A stretch of DNA of 64,000 nt from an uncultured archaeon (GTDB lineage Archaea > Thermoplasmatota > Penumbrarchaeia > JASLWR01): contig CAYFHS010000009.1 in assembly GCA_964342815.1 (NCBI GenBank), positions 1 through 64,000 of the forward strand, read 5' to 3'. Both the position numbers and the translations under genes were made by a program. Every line of letters starts with the position of its first letter. The first letter of the stretch is position 1. Below, piece after piece: positions 10,033 to 19,385 of this stretch. The notes below the pieces were generated by a model that saw nothing but the letters and a program-made list of their open reading frames with translations, did not search any database and was not told the origin of the DNA.

Positions 10033-13000
10033 ATGAAAGACCGTTATTATCTGGGCGTCGACCTCGGTTCGGTCAGTCTTGACGCGGTCATTCTGGACAG
10101 GCAAGGTGAGATCAAATGGTGGAAGTACCATAGAATACACGGCTGGCCGAAGAGAGCTATTTATATTCTGTCGAGAGAGATACGAGACGAGTTTATTATA
10201 CCAAATAATATTGAAAAATTCCATGGATCTCTGGCAACAGGTAGCGGAAAGGAGATAGTTAAAAAGGTTCTGGGTTTGGAAGTTATAAATGAAATAATTG
10301 CTCACGGGGTTGCTGCTGCCAGGACGGCGGGAAGCAGAACGTCAGTTATAGAGATAGGGGGTCAGGATTCCAAGTTCATCAATGCCGACAAGAACGGGCC
10401 TTATGATTATTCAATGAATGAACTGTGCGCAGCTGGAACGGGAGCCTTCTTGGATGTACAGGCTGAACGCTTGGGTCTGAGTATCGAGGTATTTTCCGAA
10501 CTGGCTTCGAGCGCAAAAAATGTCCCTTCGGTGGCAGGACGCTGCAGTGTGTTTGCGAAATCAGATCTAATTCACCTTCAACAGAGAGGAATACCCAATG
10601 GAGAGATCGTTGCCGGTCTCTGCTATGCATTAGCCCGAAACTATCTCGCAACCATGATCAAGGGTAGAGAAGTGATCAAACCCGTTGTGTTTCAGGGCGG
10701 GGTGGCACTGAACGATGGGGTTATCCGCGCTTTCAAGGACTTGCTGAAACTCGAAGACAAGGAGATCATCCGTCCTAAGCTGCCGCATATGATGGGAGCA
10801 GTTGGTGCGGCACTCATCTCAATGAACGAACCGCAAAAAGACAATACGGCAAAACAGATTTCCAACCTTGCAAAGAAAGCACAGGATAAAGCAGCAAAAG
10901 GGATTTCTCTCGGCGGCTGGGAGATGCAAACCGCCAAACCAGATCAGCCCGCAGGTCTTGAGTCGTTCGAGCTTAACAGGGACAATAAAGGTTCCCAAGA
11001 ATCCCTGTTTCTTGGTATTGACATCGGTTCAGTGAGTACAGGGGCCATGCTGATAAATCCTCAAGGTGGAATTGAAGCTCGTGCATATACATTTACGGCT
11101 GGGAGACCCCTCAGCGCTGTGAAAAAAGTTTTTGAATTTCTAAAAGGTAATTTCAAACGGCAGCAGATCAAGGCAGTGGGAACTACCGGTTCCGGAAGAA
11201 AACTCGTGGGATACTTAATCGGGGCGGACGTCATCGTGGATGAGATAACATCCCAGGCTGTTGGTGCATATGATATCATGAAAAACCTCGATACTGTGAT
11301 AGAGATAGGGGGGCAGGATGCAAAATTCATTACCCTTGACAGCGACGGTCTCGTCAAGGATTTCGAAATGAATAAGATATGTTCAGCGGGGACCGGTTCT
11401 TTCATCCAGGAACAGGCGGTGCGTTTGAGCGTGGACCTGAAAAATGAATTTGCGGACCTCGCCCTTTCGGCGGAATCACCCCTCCCACTTACAAGCCGGT
11501 GTACCGTATTCATGGAATCCGATCTCGTTCACCACATTCAGCAGAACACACGACTCCCGGACCTTCTGATGGGCGTCGCGAACGCGGTAGTGGAGAATTA
11601 TCTCGACAGGGTGGCACTTGGACGAAAACCCGGTAAAAATGTACTTATTCAAGGAGGAGTGGCAAAGAATGCTGCTGTGGTGAAAGCTTTCAAAGCTCGT
11701 TTGTCGGATTCCAAAATAGAAGTTCATCCGGTTCCTGAGCTTTCCGGTGCCCTGGGAATCGCGAAACTTGCTGCTGAGGAAGCCGAAAGAAAAAAAATGA
11801 AAAGCTCCTTTACTGGATTTTCGTTAGAAAGCGACTACAGTTCAAGCACTTTCAACTGCCTAAATTGCGAGAACCAGTGCGAGGTTAACACCTTCGATAC
11901 ACTTTCGGGAAGGTTTTATTTTGGCGATCTCTGCGGAAGGTATGGCGAATCGAGCTTTTCTACTGATTCCGGCAAAGACCATACGCAGCAGAGGGAAATG
12001 CTGCTACGGGAAATGGTGGAAAGTGCAACAGGTAGAAGACGCATGGGTATACCGGAAGCCCTTTTGTTTCGCGAATATTTTCCGTTTTGGTTTTCTTTCT
12101 TCAGTAAACTTGGGATAAAGATTGTTACATCCGGTCGATCCACATCCGTCAAGCTCAACGCCGGATTGGCAAGACTGCCTGCGGAGACCTGTTTGCCCAT
12201 CAAACTGCTGTTCGGCCATGTCACCGAACTCTGTAATAAAAAAATTAAAACGATTTTTTTACCATCCTTTAGACGCATAGAAAATAATTTCCCCTGCCCA
12301 TATGTCCAGCACGCAGCAGCCATGATATCATCTGTATTCAGGGATTGTGAGATATTATCGTTTTCGCTTTTACCCGATATAAAGGGACGGAACCTAAAGC
12401 TGCTGCTGGATGAAATTGCGGGAGAGTTTGCGGTCCGGAGAGATCAGGTTGAAGCAGCATATAAACAAGCGCAAAAAGTATATTCCAGATACAGAAAAGT
12501 TACTGAGATCAAACCGGGTAAAAGCCGGTCGGTTGCAGTAATAATTGGTAAACCGTACAACGCCGCAGATCGATTCGTAAATCTCGCACTGTCATCCAAA
12601 CTGGCGCGAGCGGGATTCGAGGTGGTTCTGGCAGACCAGCTCTCCCGGGTTGATGAAGTCCCCCTTCCCGAGAGGTACGCAAAAATTGATTGGTTTTTCA
12701 ACCGGAAAATGCTGGCAAGCGCCATGGCAGTAAAAAAACACGAAAATTATTTTCCCGTTGTAGTGACAAATTTTGGCTGCGGCCCCGACGCATTTACTCT
12801 CCCGCTTCTGGACGAGATCGCGGATGGTAAACCATCGCTGTTTCTTGAGGTGGATGAGCATCGTGCGGATGCGGGTCTCGACACGCGAATAGAAGCTTTT
12901 TCGGAATGCGTTAAGCGCTGGAGGGAGCTGAATACCCGCAGGGATCTCTCGTGGCAGGGGAGAAAACGGCACGTACCAATATCGAAGGGGGACCCCGTGA

Positions 13001-14283
13001 AAGGCAAAAAAACATATATCATACCACAATTTTCCGATCATGCCTTCGCCTTTGCCGGTGCGTTCCGAGGAGCAGGAGGGGAGGCAAGGGTTCTTCCTTT
13101 ACCAGACCGCGAAGTGCTGGAGTTGGGGGTCGAGCTTTCCGGCGGCCGGGAATGTCATCCGTTCAAGCTCATAGCAGGAGACATCATGCGCCTGGCAAGA
13201 ACGGGCGGGCTGCCCTGGGGGGCGGTCTATTTATTCCCGGTGCTGAGCGGTTCTTCATGTCTGATATCACAATACGTGCCCACCATCGAGCGATATCTAT
13301 CGGATATCGGCCGTTCAGACGTTACCGTGATCGGGACCAGCACCCCGGCTCTCGTGGAACATTTCGGGAGATGGTTCATTCTGAATCTGGGCAGAGGTAT
13401 CGCCGGCATCGAATACATGCTCAGGTTGAGGTACGAACTGCGGCCATATGAGGTGATAAAGGGTGAAGTTGACGCTGCGTACCACAGGGCATTGGATATC
13501 ATCGTGGAGAATTTGGCTCAGGGTCGGGCCCACGACGGTATAATCGATGCCGTTTTCGAAATGGAGAAGGTGAAGACCCGTAACAAGGGAACCAAACCGG
13601 CCATCGGTGTGGCGGGTGACGTTTATACCAGAGTAAATCCTGCTGCCAATGGGGGTCTGTTTGAAATACTGGAGGAACTGGGATGCGAAGTTTGGCTCGC
13701 CCCTACCATTCTTGACGTAGCCCTGTCCGGGACGGAGTTATCGGTTAAAAGACACTGGCGTCAGAGAGAACTGCTGGAAATGACATCTTCCTGGGCCAAG
13801 GGCGTTGTTGGGAAAATGGAATTGTGGCGGGTCGAAAAGCATTTCAAAGGTCTTCTCCGCAACTTCGGCGAGCCGGATATGGAGACCATCGAGAAATATG
13901 TGGAGGACCTGCTTCCCGGGGAGCCGGAACTGCTTGTAATGCTGAACGTTGCAAAACATGTTGATTTTGCTGAGAAGGGGGTTGACGGTATTCTAAATGT
14001 TTTCTGTCTAAACTGCATGGTTGGCACTTCAACGGCTGCTGTATTTCCCAGTATCAGGGAAAAGACAGGTGAGATCCCCATGATGTCCCTGGTGTTCGAC
14101 GGGCTTGGAACCACCCATGCACGAAATCGAACCGAAGCCTTCGCTCACAGGGTAAAACGCTATCACAAGGAGCGTATCGAGAAAAAAAACAGGAAAACCG
14201 GCGCAGCAGAAAAAGGACTGGTGGACCGATTCATGGAAACATTGGAGGGCTTGAGAAGTAAATATGCTCTGGGAGATGAGTGA
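10033..14283 (+). CDS. Double HgdC/BadF-type ATPase activator + DUF2229 + HgdAB-like reductase fusion (plasmalogen synthase PlsA-PlsR / glycerol ester reductase Ger architecture)
   Basis: Two ASKHA modules: LGVDLGSVS...TGSG...EIGGQDSK...MNELCAAGTG...GRCSVFA...FQGGVA, and LGIDIGSVS...TGSG...EIGGQDAK...MNKICSAGTG...SRCTVFM...IQGGVA. Then CLNCENQC/GDLC, ETCLPIK, CPYVQ, GCGPDAF, EVDEH, RECHPF, AGDVYTRVNP, FCLNCM. Confidence 0.9.
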   Translation: MKDRYYLGVDLGSVSLDAVILDRQGEIKWWKYHRIHGWPKRAIYILSREIRDEFIIPNNIEKFHGSLATGSGKEIVKKVLGLEVINEIIAHGVAAARTAGSRTSVIEIGGQDSKFINADKNGPYDYSMNELCAAGTGAFLDVQAERLGLSIEVFSELASSAKNVPSVAGRCSVFAKSDLIHLQQRGIPNGEIVAGLCYALARNYLATMIKGREVIKPVVFQGGVALNDGVIRAFKDLLKLEDKEIIRPKLPHMMGAVGAALISMNEPQKDNTAKQISNLAKKAQDKAAKGISLGGWEMQTAKPDQPAGLESFELNRDNKGSQESLFLGIDIGSVSTGAMLINPQGGIEARAYTFTAGRPLSAVKKVFEFLKGNFKRQQIKAVGTTGSGRKLVGYLIGADVIVDEITSQAVGAYDIMKNLDTVIEIGGQDAKFITLDSDGLVKDFEMNKICSAGTGSFIQEQAVRLSVDLKNEFADLALSAESPLPLTSRCTVFMESDLVHHIQQNTRLPDLLMGVANAVVENYLDRVALGRKPGKNVLIQGGVAKNAAVVKAFKARLSDSKIEVHPVPELSGALGIAKLAAEEAERKKMKSSFTGFSLESDYSSSTFNCLNCENQCEVNTFDTLSGRFYFGDLCGRYGESSFSTDSGKDHTQQREMLLREMVESATGRRRMGIPEALLFREYFPFWFSFFSKLGIKIVTSGRSTSVKLNAGLARLPAETCLPIKLLFGHVTELCNKKIKTIFLPSFRRIENNFPCPYVQHAAAMISSVFRDCEILSFSLLPDIKGRNLKLLLDEIAGEFAVRRDQVEAAYKQAQKVYSRYRKVTEIKPGKSRSVAVIIGKPYNAADRFVNLALSSKLARAGFEVVLADQLSRVDEVPLPERYAKIDWFFNRKMLASAMAVKKHENYFPVVVTNFGCGPDAFTLPLLDEIADGKPSLFLEVDEHRADAGLDTRIEAFSECVKRWRELNTRRDLSWQGRKRHVPISKGDPVKGKKTYIIPQFSDHAFAFAGAFRGAGGEARVLPLPDREVLELGVELSGGRECHPFKLIAGDIMRLARTGGLPWGAVYLFPVLSGSSCLISQYVPTIERYLSDIGRSDVTVIGTSTPALVEHFGRWFILNLGRGIAGIEYMLRLRYELRPYEVIKGEVDAAYHRALDIIVENLAQGRAHDGIIDAVFEMEKVKTRNKGTKPAIGVAGDVYTRVNPAANGGLFEILEELGCEVWLAPTILDVALSGTELSVKRHWRQRELLEMTSSWAKGVVGKMELWRVEKHFKGLLRNFGEPDMETIEKYVEDLLPGEPELLVMLNVAKHVDFAEKGVDGILNVFCLNCMVGTSTAAVFPSIREKTGEIPMMSLVFDGLGTTHARNRTEAFAHRVKRYHKERIEKKNRKTGAAEKGLVDRFMETLEGLRSKYALGDE

Positions 14284-15043
14284 AAAGCGGGGTGGACAAT
14301 TGGATAACGAAAAAAAACGATTCTGGGAAGTGGATGCAGCGCGAGGCGTGGCCATAATAATGATGATCATCTTTCATCTCATTTATGATCTTGATTTCTT
14401 TAATACTATCGATTTTACTCTCAATAAAGGTTTCTGGTTTGTTTTCCGTAGGTCCATTGCAATTTCATTCCTTTTACTGGTAGGCATCTCCATGAATTTG
14501 AGCTATTATCAGAAGGAAAACATTTTTTTCAAATATCTTCTGAGGGGATTGAAGATTTTCGGTTTTGGTCTCTGCATAACCCTGGTGACCTATATCTTTC
14601 TTTCAAATGCCTACGTCAGATTCGGAATACTGCATCTAATTGGCCTCTCTATAATTATTACATATTTTTTACTGGATTTCTACGTATTAAACCTTTTCCT
14701 GGGTCTATTTGCAATTACTATTGGATGTATAATTGGGAATATCCACGTTAACATTCCTTGGCTTTTCTGGATGGGGCTTCGTGATGGCCACTATCCTGAT
14801 ATCGATTATTTCCCATTATTTCCATGGATCGGAGTAATATTCATAGGTTTATTCCTTGGAAAATTCCTTTACCGACAGAAAAAACGGAAATTCGTTATGA
14901 TTCGAAATTGTCCCAAGTTTCTCGATCCGCTGAGTTTTCTTGGAAAACATTCACTGTTCATCTATCTGATCCATCAGCCTATTTTGATCATTATATTAGC
15001 TCTTCTTGGAATTGTTAATCCGGATATTCTATGGCTATTCTAA
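14264..15043 (+). CDS. DUF1624 / heparan-alpha-glucosaminide N-acetyltransferase-like membrane protein
   Basis: RFWEVDAARGVAIIMMIIFHLIYDL, FGILHLIG, DYFPLFPW, LGKHSLFIYLIHQP; multiple TM segments. True start may be ATG 14276. Confidence 0.85.
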   Translation: MLWEMSEKRGGQLDNEKKRFWEVDAARGVAIIMMIIFHLIYDLDFFNTIDFTLNKGFWFVFRRSIAISFLLLVGISMNLSYYQKENIFFKYLLRGLKIFGFGLCITLVTYIFLSNAYVRFGILHLIGLSIIITYFLLDFYVLNLFLGLFAITIGCIIGNIHVNIPWLFWMGLRDGHYPDIDYFPLFPWIGVIFIGLFLGKFLYRQKKRKFVMIRNCPKFLDPLSFLGKHSLFIYLIHQPILIIILALLGIVNPDILWLF

Positions 15044-15143
15044 ATCCGCTGGAATATTGTATTATGATAACACTGTTATGTGTCCCCTATGTCCATTCCG
15101 CAAAAAACTATAATAAAGTTTAAATTAGATAATGTCGATGTAC

Positions 15144-15160
15144 TTTACATCAGGTGTAAA
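15144..15160. promoter_or_regulatory. Palindromic operator TTTACA-N5-TGTAAA upstream of the ABC/DUF2318 operon
   Basis: tttaca tcagg tgtaaa followed by CA-ATG (15163). TATA-like tttaaatt at about 15118. The same motif occurs at the blaI-like gene. Confidence 0.75.
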
Positions 15161-15162
15161 CA

Positions 15163-16419
15163 ATGTTCATAACCATACTGGGAAAATCCTTCTCGAGGAG
15201 AAAGGGGAAAATGGCAATCGCTATTATTGCGGTTATCATGGGTGCTGCTATCCCTTCGGCAATGTTCACTGTTTCCCTGGACATTTCCGAAAAAGTCAGC
15301 CATGAATTCCGAAAGTACGGAGCAAACCTTATATTGGTCCCAAAATCGGATACTATAGAAGTCGGTTTTCCCGGAGTGGAATTCGGAGCTGTGACCGAGC
15401 AGAATATGATTAATGAAAGTGACCTATGGAAGATCAAGAGCATTTCCTGGAGAAATAACATACTTGGTTTTGCACCCTCCTTGTATCAGGTAGTGAAATC
15501 TGGAGAAGGGGCCAATGAACAGCGAATGGTTCTCGTTGGAACCTATTTTAATAAAGAGGTCGATATCCTCAAACCATACTCCTCCGATGATAAAAAAACA
15601 TTCAAAACAGGGATTAAATCCATCAGCCCCTGGTGGGAAATTAAAGGGGATTGGATAGAAGATCCCAACGATAATATCGGAAGCATGGTAGGTGTCAATG
15701 TCGCTGAAAAATTGGGTCTTGCTCTGGGCGACGCCTTCACTATCAGATACAGTCAGTTACCCGACGATACCCAAAACGAAACAGAATACGAACTGAAGGT
15801 ATTGGGGATCATAAATACCGATGGGTATGAAGATAACCAGATCATAGTAAATTTACAGGTTGCTCAAAATTTGACCAATCGCCCCAACGAAGTACATACT
15901 GTTCAGGTATCTGCTCTCTGTAATGCCTGTCCCGTTGATGTTTTTGCCGGGGAAATAGAGGAAAAGATCCCATATATTGATGGAAAAACCGTAAAACAGC
16001 TCGTCAGTGCAGAGATGAGCGTGTTGGGCAAGGTCGAGGATATGATGTTACTTGTCACCATCGTTGCCCTTCTCGCTTCGGCCCTTGGTGTTAGTACCAC
16101 AATGACCACATCGGTGATAGAAAGACAGAAAGAGATCGGATTGATGAAAAGTATAGGAGCGGAGAACAAAAGAATTGCATCGTTGTTCCTGACCGAAGCA
16201 GGTTTGGTAGGGCTCGTAGGTGGAATACTTGGTTATTTGATCGGACTCGTGCTTGCTCAGATCATCGGCATGAGTGTGTTCGATTCCTCTGTTTCGCCCC
16301 GCCTGATTGTTCTTCCCATAGTGTTGGGAATATCCATTGGAATGACCCTTTTAGCATCTTCCCTCCCGGTTAGAAGAGCAATTAAGATAGAGCCTGTGAT
16401 AGTATTGAGGGGTGAATAA
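15163..16419 (+). CDS. ABC transporter permease, FtsX/MacB family
   Basis: N-terminal TM, large extracytoplasmic domain (YGANLILVP), C-terminal FtsX region VIERQKEIGLMKSIGA plus three TMs. Confidence 0.9.
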   Translation: MFITILGKSFSRRKGKMAIAIIAVIMGAAIPSAMFTVSLDISEKVSHEFRKYGANLILVPKSDTIEVGFPGVEFGAVTEQNMINESDLWKIKSISWRNNILGFAPSLYQVVKSGEGANEQRMVLVGTYFNKEVDILKPYSSDDKKTFKTGIKSISPWWEIKGDWIEDPNDNIGSMVGVNVAEKLGLALGDAFTIRYSQLPDDTQNETEYELKVLGIINTDGYEDNQIIVNLQVAQNLTNRPNEVHTVQVSALCNACPVDVFAGEIEEKIPYIDGKTVKQLVSAEMSVLGKVEDMMLLVTIVALLASALGVSTTMTTSVIERQKEIGLMKSIGAENKRIASLFLTEAGLVGLVGGILGYLIGLVLAQIIGMSVFDSSVSPRLIVLPIVLGISIGMTLLASSLPVRRAIKIEPVIVLRGE

Positions 16420-17091
16420 ATGGAGAGCGGGATCATAGTCACAAAAAATCTCAGTAAAATATACGGAAGCACGAAAGCTCTTCAGAAGGCAAGCATAACT
16501 ATAAAACAAGGTGATTGGACGAGCATAATCGGGCCCTCGGGATCGGGGAAGACCACACTATTGAACATGATCAGCTGCCTTGATACTGCAACTTCGGGAG
16601 AGGTATTCGTGAATGGAACCAATATTTCGAAATTGAATCAGGTAAAACTCACACGATTCAGAAGAGATAATATCGGTCTCATTTTTCAACAATATCATTT
16701 GATACCCTATTTAACAGCTCTTGAAAACGTAATGATGGCACAGTACTACCACAGCATCGTGGTTGAAAAAGAAGCCCGTGAAGCCCTGGAAAATGTTGGA
16801 ATGGGTCACAGGTTGCACCACGTACCATCCCATCTGTCCGGCGGCGAGCAACAGAGGGTATGCATAGCAAGAGCCTTGATCAACGATCCAAAGATACTTC
16901 TGGCGGATGAACCCACGGGAAACCTTGACCAGAAGAACGGAAAAATCGTACTTGATCTCATCAAGAGATTGAATGACGAGGGACATACGGTGGTCCTCGT
17001 TACTCATAATCCGGATATCGCAAAGAAAGGGAATCGGATCATCGAATTGATTGACGGAAAGGTTTCGCGAGTTAATGTTATAAATTCATAG
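16420..17091 (+). CDS. ABC transporter ATP-binding protein, LolD/MacB type
   Basis: [31 protein letters not shown]. Confidence 0.95.
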   Translation: MESGIIVTKNLSKIYGSTKALQKASITIKQGDWTSIIGPSGSGKTTLLNMISCLDTATSGEVFVNGTNISKLNQVKLTRFRRDNIGLIFQQYHLIPYLTALENVMMAQYYHSIVVEKEAREALENVGMGHRLHHVPSHLSGGEQQRVCIARALINDPKILLADEPTGNLDQKNGKIVLDLIKRLNDEGHTVVLVTHNPDIAKKGNRIIELIDGKVSRVNVINS

Positions 17092-17108
17092 TCAGAGTGT
17101 GATAATAT

Positions 17109-17768
17109 ATGCCACAGAAAAAGCAACAAAAGTTGGATAGATGCCCGGAATGCGGTTGCGCGATCAAATCGAAAAACCTAGAGAAGCACATCCTAATAGT
17201 ACATAAAATCGGATCACAGGGTCAAGGTGGCGAGGTTAGACCGAGTAAAGCTGAAGAGCGAAAAAAACTGGAAATGGAACAAAAAAAGATGAAAATGAAC
17301 ATCGTTTTCTCGGTAATACTGATCAGCCTTGTAGTGGTCGTATTATATTATTGGTGGGGACCGGGAAGCGACGATAATAATCCCTATACCTATGAGGATT
17401 CAGAAGAATCACCAACGGATCCTGATTCCGGAGATGTAAGGATCCCAATAGCAGATATAACAACTAATGCAAAGTTCTACACTTATAATTCCAATGGTGT
17501 AACTATACGATATTTTGTATTGAAAAGCTCGGATGGCGTGGTACGAGCCGCATTTGATACGTGTGACGTATGTTATGAGGCAAAAAAAGGTTACCGTCAA
17601 GAGGGGGATGATATGGTGTGTAATAACTGCGACCAGAGGTTTCCCTCGGAAAAGATCAACGTTGAGAAGGGCGGGTGTAATCCTGCGCCATTAACAAGGA
17701 CGGTTGAGGGCGACGAACTTGTCATCAAAACCAGCGATATAGAAGCGGGGAGTTGGTATTTCGAATAA
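17109..17768 (+). CDS. DUF2318 (FtrD-like Fe-S) membrane protein with N-terminal C2H2-like Zn finger
   Basis: CPECG...LEKHILIVH, one TM, then RAAFDTCDVC...CNNC...GGCNPAPL. Confidence 0.85.
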   Translation: MPQKKQQKLDRCPECGCAIKSKNLEKHILIVHKIGSQGQGGEVRPSKAEERKKLEMEQKKMKMNIVFSVILISLVVVVLYYWWGPGSDDNNPYTYEDSEESPTDPDSGDVRIPIADITTNAKFYTYNSNGVTIRYFVLKSSDGVVRAAFDTCDVCYEAKKGYRQEGDDMVCNNCDQRFPSEKINVEKGGCNPAPLTRTVEGDELVIKTSDIEAGSWYFE

Positions 17769-17790
17769 TGAATCACTATATAATGTAATA

Positions 17791-17982
17791 TTATTTTCTT
17801 AAATAATGGAGATGCTTGATTAGTTCGGAAATAACTGAAATCATTGTCCGGGGAGAAGAATATGACCCCGGACATAATTTTTTTATAATAGAGCATATGG
17901 CGCAGAATTTCGAGAGGTTCTCGTTTCTGACCCGAGGTTTCCGTTTGCACTGAAGACATGATTGGCTAAGTGACGATGACAA
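17791..17982 (-). CDS. Possible small CxxC...CxxC Zn-finger protein
   Basis: 63 aa with CLQC-x14-CAIC. TTG start preceded by GAGGT. Could be spurious. Confidence 0.3.
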   Translation of the reverse strand: MSSSLSQSCLQCKRKPRVRNENLSKFCAICSIIKKLCPGSYSSPRTMISVISELIKHLHYLRK

Positions 17983-18151
17983 CTTCTACCTCGTCAAAAA
18001 TGTAAATATGGGCGCCATGACTCATTTTGACAAGAAAATAACCAATTATAAACTAATAAACATTATTACTTTACGAAATCTGCCTTTGGATAAAGTACAT
18101 GATTCCAAGGAGAGGTTGGACCCGGAATCGGAAAATTACTTCTATAGTCGT

Positions 18152-18814
18152 TCAGGATAACTGTTTTATCCGTTTGGAATAATCCTTAACGTCCAGCTTC
18201 CTGAGGGCATTCTTCAGGTTATTAACCCCGGAGATATCCGCCGCAAATCGATCCGCATGATACTCGTCGGAATGTCGGAGAAAGGTGAATGAGATCAATG
18301 CCAGAACCGACAAGACGAATTTGCTCGGACTTTTCCTCAGATGATATACTTCATGTGCCACAACCGCCATTATCTCATCAGGTTCCAGCCTTTCCATCAA
18401 TCCAATTGAAAGATAGATTTCACCTCTGTGGGTATATGCCTTTATCTTTTGAGAATCCAGAACATTTATTACTACGCTGAAATGTTCTTCCAGGGTCGAT
18501 ATGATCCCGATGGGAAAGCGGACCAGATTCGAATGACGCAGATTTATACTGAGTTTTACAATTCCAAGCAATAATGTGCAGATAATTACAATTCCGAGAT
18601 ATGCCCAGATGAGGTTAAACATGGTGCATTCCATGGTAAGAATGCTTGAAGCGATCATCCAGATCATGAATGTCTGATTGGCAAGTAGAAATTCGTGTCT
18701 ACGCTTCCGAAAATAAGCGAAAAGACATAAAATCGCAAGGAATAGAGTAAGCAAAAGGGGATAGATCATTCCCGATTCCTGAATACAGAAAAGATAGCAG
18801 CTGAGATTATTCAT
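18152..18814 (-). CDS. Membrane Zn metalloprotease, M48/M56 (BlaR1/HtpX-like)
   Basis: Three N-terminal TMs, IYLSIGLMERL, VVAHEVYH (HExxH), EYHADRFA, LKNALRKL. Confidence 0.85.
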   Translation of the reverse strand: MNNLSCYLFCIQESGMIYPLLLTLFLAILCLFAYFRKRRHEFLLANQTFMIWMIASSILTMECTMFNLIWAYLGIVIICTLLLGIVKLSINLRHSNLVRFPIGIISTLEEHFSVVINVLDSQKIKAYTHRGEIYLSIGLMERLEPDEIMAVVAHEVYHLRKSPSKFVLSVLALISFTFLRHSDEYHADRFAADISGVNNLKNALRKLDVKDYSKRIKQLS

Positions 18815-19182
18815 CTTTTCTTTCTCCTTCCGTTGATCTTTCCCAGGGTATCGATGGTGGCATCCCCGAAAGTGTCTATAAGACTCTCGATTATACGCTC
18901 AGAGATTTTAACTCCTATCTCGTTTCGATCTCCGGTAGGATAATATATGTACCTCACTCTATTTTCGCTTTGATCGATCTCCCTTCGAGCGAAACCGGAT
19001 TTAACCAATCTATCCAGGGTCCCGGCAACGCAAGCCAGTGAAAGGTCCTGGCACTCCCGGGTTATCTCGGCTGAAGTTGTATGGTTCAACTCCCAAAGAA
19101 TTTTCATAATTCGAGCTTCGTTTGGGCTGAAAAATTTCGTTAATCCCTGTTTGTTAAGGCTAATTCTCTCTATCTTCACCAT
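18811..19182 (-). CDS. BlaI/MecI/CopY-family transcriptional repressor
   Basis: FSPNEARIMKILWE, TLDRLVKSGF, RYIYYP, IIESLIDTFG. 4-nt overlap with the protease gene. Confidence 0.9.
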   Translation of the reverse strand: MVKIERISLNKQGLTKFFSPNEARIMKILWELNHTTSAEITRECQDLSLACVAGTLDRLVKSGFARREIDQSENRVRYIYYPTGDRNEIGVKISERIIESLIDTFGDATIDTLGKINGRRKKR

Positions 19183-19184
19183 TG

Positions 19185-19201
19185 TTTACATATAGTGTAA
19201 A
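19185..19201. promoter_or_regulatory. Palindromic operator TTTACA-N5-TGTAAA upstream of the blaI-like gene
   Basis: Minus strand reads tttaca ctata tgtaaa ca ATG (start 19182). AT-rich TATA-like box at about 19209-19216. Confidence 0.75.
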
Positions 19202-19385
19202 ACGAATATATTAAAATTGTCGCTTTTTAATTCTGGAATTGTTTTTTATCCTTTAAAACGAGGAATCCTGTCGGGGGTGGGAGAGAAATCGAGATTAACT
19301 TTTCAAGTAATATAAAACTACAAATACAATAATACTGTTCCATTCACAGAAGGAAATTTCCTTTAAACGATGAACAGGTGATAAA

